A stretch of DNA of 64,000 bases, taken from assembly GCF_963921235.1 (NCBI RefSeq), contig NC_086118.1, positions 12,092,001-12,156,000 on the forward strand. The letters run 5' to 3'. Source of the stretch: Mobula hypostoma. Its lineage: Eukaryota. Both the position numbers and the translations under genes were made by a program. The notes under the pieces were generated by a model. The model was given only the letters and a program-made list of their open reading frames with translations, searched no databases and was not told the origin of the DNA. Positions within the stretch are counted from its first letter, which is position 1, and the number at the start of each line of letters is the position of its first letter. Shown in pieces: positions 12,591-26,829 of this stretch.

Positions 12591-15284
12591 GTGGTGTCTG
12601 TGTCAATAAGCATGTTGTTTTAGCTGGGTAAACCCATAGGTAATTGGACTTGGCCAGCACAAGCTTATGTCCTTTATAATTTGAGTAGTAGATTATATTC
12701 TGATGTATAAGATAGAGTTTCTCTGGTGAGAATTGGAACATGGTATGACTGTGAGTTTGATGCTTTCAACAAGCTAACCAAAGACATTAGGATCTATAGA
12801 CTAAGTGGATTATTTTGCATCTGGCTCAGTGATCCATGGTGTGTCAATTGTATATTCATAATTGAGTTGTTTCAATGAATTGTCAGGGTTGTATTTGTGA
12901 CAATTATAGTCCCATCGGATTGAGAAGAACACTTCACACTTTTTAATGCTACCCTGTGGGTTTGAAACTGATGAGTTTTTGATGATTCAGCATGTGACAG
13001 GAAGTATCTCGTCACAAGTACATAGAATGCCAATATTGACTTACTACCTTCTTTAGTTTAGATTGGCCCCACATGACCAATTTTGCACTACAGAGAATGG
13101 GTTTAGAGAATAAACTGGTTTGTATTGTTCACCTACTTGCAAAATTAACCTGCAGAGTTATTGTATAGTATTTGATTTTTTAAAAGCTAGTCCAGCATGT
13201 TTATATTCTTGTAGGAGTTGTTGATAAGTGGAACAAACAATAAGCCATTAATAACATGCATTGATCTACCATATTTTACTGTCTTGTGGCTCATGGTATT
13301 TTAAACTCACTTTTTGAAGAGCCTTCTTTGTTAAAATGTGAAAAGCATACCAGCCAAATGTTGAATAGAAGAATAACTATTGGTAATGGAATATAACGTT
13401 GACCATATACCAGGGAGAATTTCCTGTTTTAACTGAACTATTCCTTTGGACTCTTTCTAAATTCACCTGAAGGGGGCAGGCATAGACATAATGTAATGCG
13501 TCATCCTAAAGGTGGCAAGGGCGTTGCAGCTTGTGTTTCTGCTCAGATTTTGTGCTGAAGCCATTTCTTGTTTCAAGATGTATCCCAGATATGAAAGAGA
13601 GTTCTCATTCTAATTGCTTTATTGCACAACTCCTTTACGCAATGCTTGCAGGTATCTGTAAGGTTAAATGTTGATGGAGAGAAAGGAAAAAAAGAGGGGA
13701 AGATTTGCCCTAACAAGAAGTATCAGGACATTAGGAATACTTTCCTGGGGACAACTTTGAAAGGCATATCCAGTGATTCTGTAACATATTAAATTTCTGC
13801 ATACAGCAAAAGAAACTTAGAAATAAAGTCCTAATTATTTACAGAATGAATTTAAAAAAACTGGTTCAGTTGCAGACAAGAGAAACAAGCAGATTGTTTA
13901 GTACTTTCACACTAAAATTTCATCTTCTGACTTTGCTGCTGTCTGCTCCTTCATTATCTCTTGAAATACTTCAGTTAACTCCTCAGTACTTGAATTCCTT
14001 CACATCAATGGTTGTCTACTAGCCGGGAAAACAATATCATTCTTGATATTAGTTGCATCAGGGAACCCTTTGAGGTCATTTGCTGCTTCAGGCTATAATT
14101 CAGCTGAACATCATTCATTGTCATTTGTTTCACTTGATTCCAGTGGCTACTGTAGAATCAAATATATTTCTTTCCGATAGAAATTTTTTCTTATCACTTA
14201 ATGCAAATAATAAGCCTTAAGTGTTGAAATTACATATTGTCCTACAATATGCTTAGTTAGCAAACATCACAATATTGCTACATACTTCAGTAGTTTACTT
14301 TGGGGGATCACGGACCTCACTGATGATCAATGAAACCTTGTTATCCATTTTCTTTCCTTCTTAAGAAATAATCCAATTTAATGCTGAACATATCCTTTCA
14401 TATAGTTGATGCTGTCATCTATATCGCACTATTTAGAGATATAGCAAACTGATAGAAATACCTTTGAAATATTTTTCAGTGCCTTGGGGTTTTCTGAGTA
14501 TGGATAACATGAAATCATGATTGCCCCCAAGAACTAGGATCAAACACTCCTTGGCTGCTTTAAATCCCAACACAGACATTTTTGTCTGTGATAAGGCTTT
14601 TGTAACTTATAGCAAGTGACAAAGCAATCAGCGACATTGCTACTTCTGTCCATAGATGTAGACACATCACCGTCTTGCTTATTAAGGTCCTGTTAATATC
14701 ATGTGTGCCTTTCCTTAAATGATTAGATTAGAGAAGGCAATTACCGGCATTTTCATATTCTCTATCTCCTTCATCATCCAGTTTCTGTTTCTTTATGGCA
14801 AGAACCAAGAATCAGGGAAGTCTATGCTATCTTCTTCATTGCTTAGCTGCTTTTCACAATGGCGTTAGTACCCGAGCCAAATGCCCAGGTAATAATGGAT
14901 ATCATCTCACCTTGCCTTCCTTTCCACAATATCCAACTATATGTCCAGTCTACATGACAGATCTCAACCTATAACATTCATTGTCAGTATCCCCCTACAG
15001 AAGCTGCCTGACCAGCTGAGTTCTCCAACTTTTTTGTGTCACTCTAAATGTCCAACATACTGGCTTTTCTTGGGATGGATGATGTTGTATGTTTGGAGGT
15101 CAATCTTATTTTTAAAGATAAAGATGAGCTTTATTTGCCATATGTAAGTCAAAATATGCAGGAAAATGCATCATTTGTGTCCAATCAAATCAGTGAGGAA
15201 CGTGCTGGATGGTCCACAGATGTTGCCATGCTTCTGGTACCAACCCAGTATGCCCACAGTTCACTGGCCCTAACTATATTTGTT

Positions 15285-15435
15285 TCAGAAATATAGGAAG
15301 GAAACCGGGGCACCCAAAGGAAACTCAGGCAATAATGGGGGGCATGTTCAAACTCCTCACAGACAACTCCAGGAAGCACACCCCAATCTTACAGCTGGAG
15401 TTACAAAGCATGGTGCTAACCACTATGCTATCATG
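15285..15435 (-). mobile_element. V-SINE-like element, reverse orientation
   Basis: ggaaggaaaccggggcacccaaaggaaactcaggc..gttcaaactcctcacagaca..gctaaccactatgcta. Confidence 0.6.
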
Positions 15436-18011
15436 CCTCTTACTGCTTGAGGTTATAAAAACTTATTACAATGCTTAGCTTCAGAAACTGATGCACATGG
15501 AATGCTGCTAACTCATAAACTGATGCTCTGACTTTATTCGCAGACCAGAAATGATGTGTGTGATAGGAGGGAATTAAAAAATAGCTTCCCCACCCTTGTT
15601 GCGACGAACAAGACTTAATTTAAACAATAAGTTAAATTAAATTAGATCTGTTATTACAGTAAAGATTTGTTCAGTGAATGTTCACTATCCACGAGAAACC
15701 TGTTATATTATTGTGTTGAGTCTCCTGTTGAGAAACCACTGCTCTTCTTCCTTGGCAATCAGCAATATTCATTAACAAGGTCCCCTCTCTCACTGCCACT
15801 CCTTTCCCTCTGTGGTCTCTTTCTCCCATTTGTGGAGCAGGCATCTGGAACGGTGAAAGTCAGTGTGTGGGGTGGCTGGGATTAGGCAAGTCATGTCCCT
15901 TGCCAAAGTTTTGCAATGGAAGCCTAATATTATAGAATTACCATTTCTCCAACATCATAGTTAAGTCAAGGCTTGCCTAACAGCCAACTATGAAATTAGA
16001 AAGTTTCAATTTGAAGGACTTTCATCAATTCTCCACTTCATTAATAGACAAAATTAACACAGATGTCTGTGGCAAAAAGATGTTCTTCAAGTCTACTAAT
16101 ACATAGAGCAGTTAGATACACATTCAACAATTTCTTGATTTTCTTCCCTGCCTTTCTCTTATTATATTTTTCTGGTTCTTCTTAAGTGAGAATATTTAAT
16201 TAACTTTCTTTAATACAAGGTGAAGATAAATATACTTATTACCCAAGTATTTGTTCTTGGTTTTATTTGCTTTAATTGTGCTACTGTTCAAATAGCTAAC
16301 CCCTTTCAATCACCTTGAGCAGCTTAAATATTGTAACTATATAGAGTGAAGTTTTTAATTTCAACTAAATAAATGAACATGCCATTTATTTTCTTAAGGA
16401 TTTATATCTTTCCTTTAACTATAAAATCTTAATGGTTCATTTTTAAATGTTACTTACCAATCTTTTGAGTGGAAAATTATTTCCATTTGCAGTTCAAAAT
16501 AGCCCAACTATAAATGTATGATTCAGCTCTCTTGGTCTGTACTTTCCCCATCACTCTAAGCATGGAGGTCAATAATGCTTCCACTGATTGGCTGCAAGAT
16601 ATCTTATGGTGATGGGTCCCTTGATGATACCAGAATGAGAATATAACATGATAATGGACAGGACCAATAACTGCAGCACTAGGCTAAATAAAGAGCGTAC
16701 ATTTAATGAATAAAAATACAATAAACAAAGAAACAAAATTGCAAACATAATTGATGTGAGATTGACTGGAAGTAATGGAAATTGTTAGTCCAATTGACAC
16801 AATTGAGAATGGTTTGGAACCTTGCCCAGATCCTCTTTCAACCTAAACCCTCAATTGTCTCACTGAGTCTTGATATGGCGAGCCAGTGTATGCGCAGATC
16901 TATCATTTCTTGGCAATGTGTAGGGTTCATTTGTCAGATTACTGAAATATACTTGGCCTAAGCCACTAAAAATTAATGACTTCTTCTTTTTGCATCTGGC
17001 TGACAATGAAAATAAAAGCAATGACAGATAGCACTAAAGGTTTATTGCTACACAGTGCACAATGTGTTATTTTGTGCTCATTCATCTGTCATTGTCAGGA
17101 AGAGTAAAGGTTAATGGCTGTTGGAGGTTCATATTGTCAGTGCACAGTGTGCAGGAAGGACAGGTGAGGTAGAGAACAAAACAAAATCCTTTTTAATCAT
17201 GTTTGCATCATGGAAGTAGAAGATAAAGACATGATTAACTGGCAACACACCGCAGCAGAAACCAGAAACTCCTTTCTGTTGAATCAGTGACAACACTCAA
17301 TGTTAAGCACTGAACAGAAGCTTGAAAGGTAGCCAGTTTCATTTAGATATCATTGCCTTTTCCATAGTTATTGAGAAGTGTGTGTCACAGGTGACTTCCA
17401 CAGGGAGATGGCTGATTTTCTGTTTACTTCTATCAAGCTGGTCAGATAACATTCAGATTTCTGCTTTGCTCCCGGGATTTGGCTGACACAGGCAATGTTG
17501 TCCTGGCTATCTTGATATCACTTTGAATTACTGCAGACTTTATGGTGATGTTGCGGTGTAACAGTATGAAAGGAAGGATTTGATGATATTGACCTAGTGC
17601 CAGTGACGGTGCATCAACATATGCCCGATTTGGAATAGCGTGTGACTTGGAGGTGTTAGTATTCTCACACATTATTGCTGTATTATTTGATGGTAAAGGT
17701 TACAGATGAGATTTGGTGCTCTGTTGCTGTGATTGTATGCTATAAAAGCCATTTACTGTCATTCTCATTTGACTGTGGTGGATGTTTGGTGTGGAGCCAG
17801 GGCATCAGTCAAGTGAGTTCCTCCAGTATTGTTACAACTGCAGCTGTTCAGTCTATTGGTGAGTTTCCCATCACTCTCCTGACTTGAAACTTGTGTGTAT
17901 GACAGACTGTTTCTGAAGTTTGCAGGTGAGCTGGAGTAACCTGTCACCAACTTCTTGACTACAGGAGAACTCAGCAAAGGTGCTGCCATTGATGGTTAAG
18001 GGAATGTGGCC

Positions 18012-18490
18012 GGACTTACCTCATCTTGTGCCGAGATGAGGGCACCCTCAGGGTGGAAGAGCGACACCTTATATTCTGTCTGGGTAGTCTCCAACCTGAG
18101 GGTATGAATATTGATTTCTCCTTCTGGTAAAAAAAATTCCCCCTTCCGCTCTTCCTCTATTCCGCATTCTGACCTTTTACCTCTTCTTACCTGCCTATCA
18201 CTTCCTCCGGGTCCCCTCCCACTTCCCTTTCCTCTATGGTCCACACTTCTGTCCTATCAGATTCCTTCCACTCCAGCCTTTGACCTTTCCCACCCACCTG
18301 GCTTCACCTAGCACCTTCCAGATCACCTCTTTCCCCTCCCCCCACCTTTTATTCTGGTGCCTTCCCCTTTCCTTCTCAGTCCTGTCTGAAGAAAGGTCTC
18401 AGCCCAAAATGTTGACTTTTTTTTTTCATTTCTATAGATGCTGTCTGACCTGCTGAGTTTCTCCGGCATTTTGTGTATATTGCTTTGGAC
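18012..18490 (+). mobile_element. PLE 3' end: GIY-YIG endonuclease C-terminus plus terminal repeat with degenerate hammerhead
   Basis: Translates CRDEGTLRVEERHLIFCLGSLQPEGMNIDFS; pyrimidine-rich UTR; gtctgaagaaaggtctcagcccaaaatgttgact. Confidence 0.75.
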
Positions 18491-18869
18491 TTAACCTTGG
18501 TCAGGATGGCTTTGCCCAGTACTGGATGATGTACAAATATTGACAGTTATTTTACCATCCCAAGTCTGATTATTATCCATACACAGTTGCAGGTTAGTTT
18601 GGGCTCCTTCATTATGAAAGAAGTAGTGAATGGAGTTGCACAGATAGTATTGCTAACAAACTGACCCACTTCCAACTGGATAGTGAGTAAACAAGCAATA
18701 ATGAAAATGATTGAGCTTCAAAGAAATTCCCACAGTAATGGCCTGAGGTGATAAAATTTGTCCTCAGAAGTCTATTTTGTTTTGCGAGGAATCACTTGAA
18801 CCATTGAAATTCCTTTTACTATTTTACTGATGTGTCTCTTATTCGGAAGAATTCTCCCATACTTTAGTT

Positions 18870-19225
18870 CATCATATGCCATATCATATGACATATGTGA
18901 TCATGGTATTTCCATGACCATGATGGTTCTTGGCAAATTTTTCTACAGAAGTGGTTTGTCATTGTCATCTTCTGGTCAAGATGGATGAACCCAGCCATCA
19001 TCGATACTCTTCAGAGATTGTCTGCCTGGTGTCAGTGGTCACATAATCAGGACTTGAGATATATGTCAGCTGCTCATAAGACCTTCCACCACCTGCTTCC
19101 ATGGCTTCACATGACCCTGACTGGGGAGATAAGCAGGTGCTACAGCTTGCCTAAGGGTGACCTGCAGTTAAGTGGTAGGAAGGATGTCTTACACCTCCCT
19201 TGGTAGAGACGTGCCCATTCCCCCA
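18870..19225 (-). mobile_element. RTE-partnered SINE-like repeat, copy 2
   Basis: Colinear with 3035-3402; contains agaagtggtttgtcattg. Confidence 0.55.
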
Positions 19226-20714
19226 ATAGTTAAGGTATTTACTCTTGTTTCCCTCATGAAATCCAGCTCTTGTACACCTGTCTGAGTGATGGTTGTGTAG
19301 CAGAATTAGTGAATAGCTGTTGCATAATGGCACTACTGACAAGAAAGACACAGAAGAAGGAACTTTAATGATATGCATCAATATGATAGTCCATATCATT
19401 CTATTTTACATTACAATGAAACATAAAGCCATGAAATTTAACACAGAACATGCTGAGAGACACAACAAATCCACTTTGTTTCAGATATAAGGTTTTCTAT
19501 ATAATATTCTGACCTAACATGTAAATGGTGCCAATTTTCTGTAAATTCTTTTAAAATGGATTCCCAAGTATCCTCTGGGAAAAACTAGTATTGCTGCTTT
19601 CTATCAGTTAAAGTTGGCTCAATCACTTTTATTTCTGCTTATTTCTAATAGACAGTTGCCAAAGTAGGGAAGTAACCAGCTTTAAGCCAATGGTTGTTAC
19701 AACTGGGGGTATCCTGCCAGGACGAGACGGAAGCTGAGGCTTCGAAATCCATTTCCAACAACAATACTGTTTTATTTATTGCAGCAGGAAATACTTTGTC
19801 TTTCTTTCTGTGCCAGCTTGACTTGAAAAGGAAGAAGAGCAGACATCCCAGGTTAGAATGGTGTGCTGTTGCTTTAACATTTAGATTTATCTGGAGACTT
19901 ACTGAGCATTCCATGAAAGCTTTTCATGTAGCATTAGTCATCACTGGCACTTGATCCAAGTCAAGTTAAAGAAACCGCAACCTTTATATTTTTGTTGATT
20001 TAACCACTGTTCAATTTTTGATTCTGTCCAAGCTTCATGGTTAACAAATGTATGTTAGTATTTAACCCGAATAAATAGACTTTGAGGTAGGAGTTTCTTC
20101 CAAGTCAATCAAAAATTATTCCCGATGCCCCTAAATTCTAAACAGACTGAGGTAATGAGTTCCATTAGTTTCAGATCTTGTGGAAAAGATGCACTGGCAT
20201 CAAAATGGTGCAATGAGTCAATGTAAGAAGAGAGAACGAAGAAAGGGAAAGGAATATAAAATAGCACATTGGTAACACGAGACTAAAGCTTAGCAGTGTA
20301 TTGGTTGCACAGTTTCCGTAAGTAGAAAGTGATGAGAAAAATGTGATGGACAGGCTAACCTCAGTTCCATTTATCTGCCAATGCTCTGAAATTTAACTTG
20401 AATTTTGTTTTTTTTGCAAATGATTAAAGGCAAACTATCTGATTACTACGCACTAATATTCCCAACTGTTTTAAAATAAACTACCTCTCTGCAAAGATAT
20501 ATGTGTTGGTTCACAGCATATGATGTTTTCAACAGTAAAAAATTACTGCTTTTAATGGGACAAGTTTGTCAACAGTGTATTACCATATAATATTCAAGTG
20601 CTCATGCTGACACAAAAATGGAGTCAGTGAAGCTAAGAAAAGTTATCTTATCGACCCTCATGTGATTGCTATACCTTTAAACAACTCACAGAGTTTATAA
20701 GCAAGAAAACTACC

Positions 20715-20800
20715 CACCATGGATTACAACCGAAGAAGCTTCTAGGATGAGTGATGAAACGTCTCTAGACACACAGCAAGTCCAGTTTCCTTGATTTACT
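20715..20800 (+). mobile_element. Second PLE-family terminal fragment with mutated hammerhead core
   Basis: accgaagaagcttctaggatgagtgatgaaacgtctctagac..aagtccagtt (CUGA core mutated to CCGA, GAAACGUC retained). Confidence 0.5.
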
Positions 20801-21031
20801 ACTGCTTGATAAAGGTCCCCTTCTTTCTCAAATGGATGTTAAAAAACAATTCCCATAACGTGACTCATGTAAAACAAAGAGCAGTGTTCTCTCATTATCC
20901 TGGGCTTATCCCGCAACGAAGATCAGAAAGAAATAGAATGGTCATTATCACCTTACCTGTTGAGGGACCTTGTTATGTGCAAAATGTCTGATGTCGCTTC
21001 AATGAATATGTTTCAAAATTTTTTATATATA

Positions 21032-21495
21032 TGAGGGGTGATTGATAAGTTTGTGGCCTAAGATAGAAGGAGTCAATTTTAGAAGACATAGCACATGTAT
21101 TTTTCAACATTGACCCCACCTACATTTACACACTTAGTCCAGCGGTCGTGGAGCATATGGATCTCTTCTTTGTAGAAGTCAGCGTCTTGGACCTCCAGAA
21201 AGTGGTCCACAGCAGGGCTGATTAATAAGTTCGTGGCCTAAGGTAGAAGGAGATAAGTTATTAACTTCAAACTTTTTGCATAATCACTCAAAGAATTGAA
21301 CTGCATGTGCATGTAATGAGAGCTGTATAACTCATCTCCTTCTACTGACTTCTACAAAGAAGGGATCCATATGCTCCACAACCGCTGGACTAAGTGTGTA
21401 AATATAGGTGGGGACTATGTTGAAAAATAAATGTGCTAGGTTTTCTAAAATTGACACCTTCTACCTTAGGCCACAAACTTATCAATCACCCCTTG
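21032..21495. mobile_element. Mariner-derived palindromic MITE with ~150-bp inverted arms and TA TSD
   Basis: TA|tgaggggtgattgataagtttgtggcctaag ... cttaggccacaaacttatcaatcaccccttg|TA; 21350-21430 encodes FYKEGIHMLHNRWTKCVNIGGDYVEK*, a mariner transposase C-terminus. Confidence 0.9.
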
Positions 21496-22504
21496 TACCT
21501 TGCTTTGGTGTGTCTTTCTAAATAACTTATTACTCTTAATAACAGTCCTTCTGGGTTTGGCTTCATCTAAATTACTCTTGGAGATAGATGTTCAATTGAT
21601 CAAAGCAAGAATATTAGCTCTGGAAGCAGAAATGTCACTTTCAGCACCAGTATCAAGTACTCCATAGTTAGATGGTATGTATAAAGTTGTTCCTAGAATG
21701 TGCTGTAATGGACAGGACCAGCAACTGCAGCTGCACCAGTGTGAATTCTTCTGCTCCACAAGTTGGCCAATCCCTCTTCTAAAAGTGATAACTAATTTGG
21801 TGTCAATTTGAATTACATGTCACATTCTGAACTGACCTGGGATTCCAGTTGTAGTTCCTTGTGGTTTACAGAGGAAACTCAGCACATTGCTGTGACTATA
21901 TAGAAATCAGGCTCAATTATATGATCACTTCTAAAAGGAATGAACTGAAATGACTGTATATCTCCAAGGACCTCAAGGATTTTCTTGAAATCCTGTTTAG
22001 AAAGCTGATAGTTATTTATAAGAACATGTTTGTAATTGAATAAATCTTTCAAGTTTGGCTATTTCTTCTTTTACTCCAAGAACTGTAAATAAAAGCTGAA
22101 CTGATATCCCTTCATATCATGAAAAGGTCTCCATGTTAAATGCTCCCTCAATATTTCACTTTTATCTTTTTATACAAAAGAATAAAGACAGTGTAAAGTT
22201 CTGAGAGCGAGCAAAGCTCTTCTGTAGATTGAAATTTTATGTGGTGGCTTGAATGTTGAAACTTCCAGATTCTCCATGATTTTAATTACTTATTTTTCTT
22301 TAGTTATTTCTATTTCTGCTTAAGTGTTTTCCTCCTTATTTTTTATGAAGCACCTTACTATAGGCAGTATAACATGTCAAGCAAGCCCAATAACAAAGAA
22401 TTGGGCTACATAGCCCTATCATAGGAAGGATCTGAAATGAATGGATGGCAGATTAGTAAAAAAAATTCTAAGTGTATTATTGTATTCTATTATTTACAGT
22501 ACTA

Positions 22505-22990
22505 GTCTCCTTCTTTAAAGAAGAACATTAATGCTTTGGAAGCAATTCAGAGAAGTATCACGAGACTGATATCCTGAAGGGCCAGGTTCCTGATGAGTAT
22601 TGGTTTGTAAATTTCAAAAGAGAGAGTGAGAACCTGATTGAAACATATTAGATAATAACAGGCTGTGACAAGGAGGATATGGAAAGCATCCTCCCTCTTG
22701 TACAAGAATTTAAACTAGGGATCATTGGTTGAAAATAAAGGGTCAGCCATTTAAAACAGAGAGATGAGGTAAAATATTTTCCTCATAGTGCGATGAGTCT
22801 TTGGTATTCTCCTCCTTAAAGGGGGGTTGAAGCAAATACTTTGAATAATTTTCAAGGCCATGGTAGATAGGTTCTTAATAAGCAAAGTCTGAACGGGTAG
22901 ATGGCACTGTTAGATGGGAATGCTGGATTGTGGTTACAGTCACACCTACTATTGAATGGTTGAATATGTAGAACCAAGCTGTTCCTACAA
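22505..22990 (+). mobile_element. Old CR1-type LINE 3' fragment
   Basis: Decayed SP..KK.I.ALEAIQR and LIETY motifs; ggtagataggttcttaataagc. Confidence 0.6.
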
Positions 22991-25900
22991 TATTTCATCA
23001 CTCTATTCCCAGAAGAATAACCTCAAATACACTTTTCCCCTACTGTTTCCTCCTCTCTGCGCCCTTCCTTGGCAAAGTTTGCTAATGGATCGTAATCCAG
23101 CTACAAAAAAAAATTGCTTTATATCTAAAATATGTCTATTCTCACTCAAAATAAATGTAAGTGTATTAATTACCTAGCAGTTGTCTGACATCTGCTCAGT
23201 ATTAGACTGCCTCTCAGCATAAGTCCTAAGCCTCAATGGCAATTGGGAATAATTGTGCAAATTAAATTAACCAGGGAACATGGTATTCTATTATCAAGCA
23301 ACCTTGCTGGTTAAATTTGCACCAGTTTTTAACCAACTTGGACTAAATATTGCTGGGACAGAAAAATATATTTCCTTGTCTAAAGTCATCAAATCAATCC
23401 AAGTATATACACTCTGAGTGCCTAATTAATGATCCAGCTAATTCCCAGACATATTCCTTGGAAGTATCATGAAGTCCGATGTCGCATATATTCCCTGTTG
23501 AAAGCACTTGGCTGATTGTAATGTTTAAAGGAAGATTCTAATCTCTTTGAACCAGACAATGCTTAAGCCTGAAATTCTGGTGGATCTGACCAAGACGTTG
23601 TTGGGGAATAAAATGATGATCACATGGGTTTTGTAGTGAAGGGAATATAGTTAGAATATCCACTGACAAAGTGCAGGAGTCAATGTGAAATGACATGTAG
23701 TGACACAGAAGGTAGGTCTGTTTATGTTGCAAATTCAAAGGCCAGACCTTCAGGTAGTTAATAATCCATTTAGCAAGCAATACGCTCATGTTTAATTATA
23801 GCATTTATAGTTATTGATTTTAATGATTTTTCCATTTAAATATGTATTCCGCTCTTTGAAAGTAAACTTGTAGTTTGAAGAAGGTAGAAAATTGTGTTAT
23901 TACCCAGAAGTGTTACTACAAGTATGGGCACAAAATTGAGGGTTTGACTGTCAGCCACAATGGAAGTATTGGTGAATGTGGTCTCAGCTAATAAAACCAA
24001 AATTTCTATCTTAGTATTTACTCAGCTATTTACCTGCATCAGCCTAATGTACACGCGGCACAGACAGACACATTTCTATTCACTAATTAATAAGCTTCAC
24101 AATATACTGAAGGTAGGAATTGTAACATTGTCACTACAGTCATAAATGATAATTGGTTCTTACTGTACTTCCTTTGCATTAATGAAGACTATGATCATTT
24201 CCCTACTTTTCTGTCGTTTCTGGACAGCCATTTTAGAAGAATGAGTGGTATCCAGTTCACTATTCTCTTGAAGACTTTGCCCTATTTTTAGCTTGAGTCA
24301 CCTTCTGGAGGTCTTCTGAAACCCTTTTTGTTCAGTTATTCTACTTGTGTGAATTAGCAATGAGATGATAGATGGTCTATCCAAAACGTCAGAGAACATC
24401 AAAGGTAAAGGTGATCTCCCTCTTCCTTGGAGAAGTAGGATTGCTGAACTTCATACAGAAGAGATATTATCTCTCCCAAACCACCCAGCCCAAACTCAGT
24501 GATTCTTTGGCATCTGTGGATGCATCCACTGAAACTGCCTGAGCAGACTGAGGGACATTTTCAGACATGTATCAATTCATTACGCACCAACTCTACCCGA
24601 GCCTCATTCAGCTTCCGATTGATGGTTTATATTGTATCTTCATCTCACAGTACAGCACATTCTGTGTCTCTGACATACCTTTCATTAGGCCATAACAGCC
24701 CTGAGCTCCTGCAGTGCTGGACTGTTGTATGTCTCTGATTTCCTCTGCCCACAGTTAACAATCATCTTTTCATCAGCCAAGGTCCTAAACTCTGAAATAC
24801 TCTCACTATCTCTCTCTCTTTGTGTCTTCCAACTCCAAGCTCTCCTTTAAAAGAAGCACTTTAAAACCTACCTCTTTGAGCTTTTAACTTTCTGTCCTAT
24901 TGCTTCCTCTTTTGGCTGAATGATAGTTTTTCCTAATTACATCTCAATGAGATGCTTTTGGACATATTACAAACTCCACATAAATGCACAATGTGCAAAT
25001 AAATGCTTGCAGAGAAAATTGTGTGAAGTAACTGCATGTCTTCATACAGTTGAATAAAACAGTCTCATCTGCAAGTTAATGACATGTAGCACCTTTTATT
25101 TTGTACAAGACAAGGAGGCATGGAAAATTGTCCCTTATGGGATTTTGTCACTCTGCGGGTTAAAACATCCATCATATCAGGCCTTCCATCTGGTGGTGTT
25201 TATAAAGCTCCTTAATACTGGCTGTGGCCAGCTGAAATTTGTGGTAGTGAAACAGAGGAGGATGTTGGGAACTAAGATGGGAACTAGAATGTGCATTAGT
25301 TTTGGAGACCAGATACTGTAGTTTTACACAAGAGTTTGAAAATTCAGGGAATCAAGTCAGCTCTGAACTAAAGGGTTAATGTGAACAAAGTTTCCTCTCA
25401 ACCTCACCATCACAATGAAAGCTGTTAATCCATTCACTTTTCTGTTTATTGGCCCCTATAATTCTGTCAGATTTAATAGGGCATTATTGATGCTCATGTA
25501 GCAGGCAGCTTTCACCAGGCAAGAACTTTATTTGCAGCAAATGAATGATTTTGTTGGTTTTAGTGCAATGAGCAGCATGATGCAAAGCGTGTGTTTCATG
25601 GGACAACACATTATACACTGGGTTAATTGCTTGTATTGAAGCCAGACTTGCTTTATTTGCATATGAGCAAAGGAGGTATTTTTGAGTGCAGGCGTGGACA
25701 CAGCTGTTGTCTATAATCTCCACCCTGCAATCCTTTTATGGTAATTACACCCTAACTGAGAATAATCAATCATATAATCAATGGCAATTTAACAAAAGGC
25801 ACATCACTGCAGGTTTGTGATGAGCTGAGCTGGCTTGTGTGTCTAAACGCTCTACAGAAGAATGTGCACTTGATCCTGGGCCACCCAAGGTTCTGTTTCT

Positions 25901-26129
25901 TTCCTTTTCCCTCTCCTTGAAGGAAGGGAATCTTGCTGCCATTTGGTTCTGTGAATGTAATTTCCCCACCTTGATCCCATTTCTGCAACTCCTACCCCTC
26001 CTTCATCCCTCCATCTGGTACCCTTAACAATGTCCCTTTACTCTATATGTGACCACTTACAATTGGCTTGTTGACCAGGATGAGTTGGTACCAAAAGGCC
26101 CATTTTTCCATTTATCTACACTCAAATCA

Positions 26130-26400
26130 GTGTAGTGGGTAGCACGGTGCTTTACAGTACCAACATCTTGAATTCAATTCCGGCCACTACCTGAAGGAGT
26201 TTGTATGTTCTCCTCGTGACTGTGTGGATTTCCTCCCACAGTCCAAAGATGGAGCAGTTGGTTAGTTAATTTGGTGTTGTAAATTGTCCCATGATCAGGC
26301 TAGGATTAAATCAGGGAATTGCTGAGCAGAGTGGCTCGAACGGCTGGAAGGGCTTATACTGCACTGTATTTCAATAATTAAACAAATAATTAAATAATAA
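26130..26400 (+). mobile_element. V-SINE-like element
   Basis: ttcaattccggccactac..ggagtttgtatgttctcctcgtgactgtgtggatttcctcccacagtccaaagatg; aataat tail. Confidence 0.7.
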
Positions 26401-26409
26401 ATATTTTCT

Positions 26410-26760
26410 TGTTTATTCGTTTTTCAAGACCTGAGCTCGCCCATCCTTATTTACCCTTGAGAAGGTGGTGATGAGCCACTTTCTTGAACAGTTACAGTCC
26501 TAATCATAAAGATGCTCCCAGGATGTTGTTGGGTAGAGAGTACTGGGATTTTAATCCAGTAACCATGAAGGAACGGTGATATGTTTCCAGATCAGGATGT
26601 TGGGTAAACTGGAGGGGTGGTGTTCCTGTGCATCTGCTCACCTTATCCTCTGTGTCAGAGTTTGCAGATTTTGGAGGTGCTGTCTAACCAAATATTGCAG
26701 TGGATTAAAAATAATGAAGTGATCTACACTGCAAGCATGGTGTACCAATAGTGGCGGGAA
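26410..26760 (-). mobile_element. Old CR1/L2-type LINE 3' fragment
   Basis: cccttgagaaggtggtgatgagccactttcttgaac...gggattttaatccag resembles a reverse-complemented LINE 3' end common in chondrichthyan repeats. Confidence 0.5.
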
Positions 26761-26829
26761 TAGCTGTTAGGCGGCATAATGAACAGTAAGTTAAAAATGG
26801 TTTTTACCACAGGGAATCAAGATCAAAAA

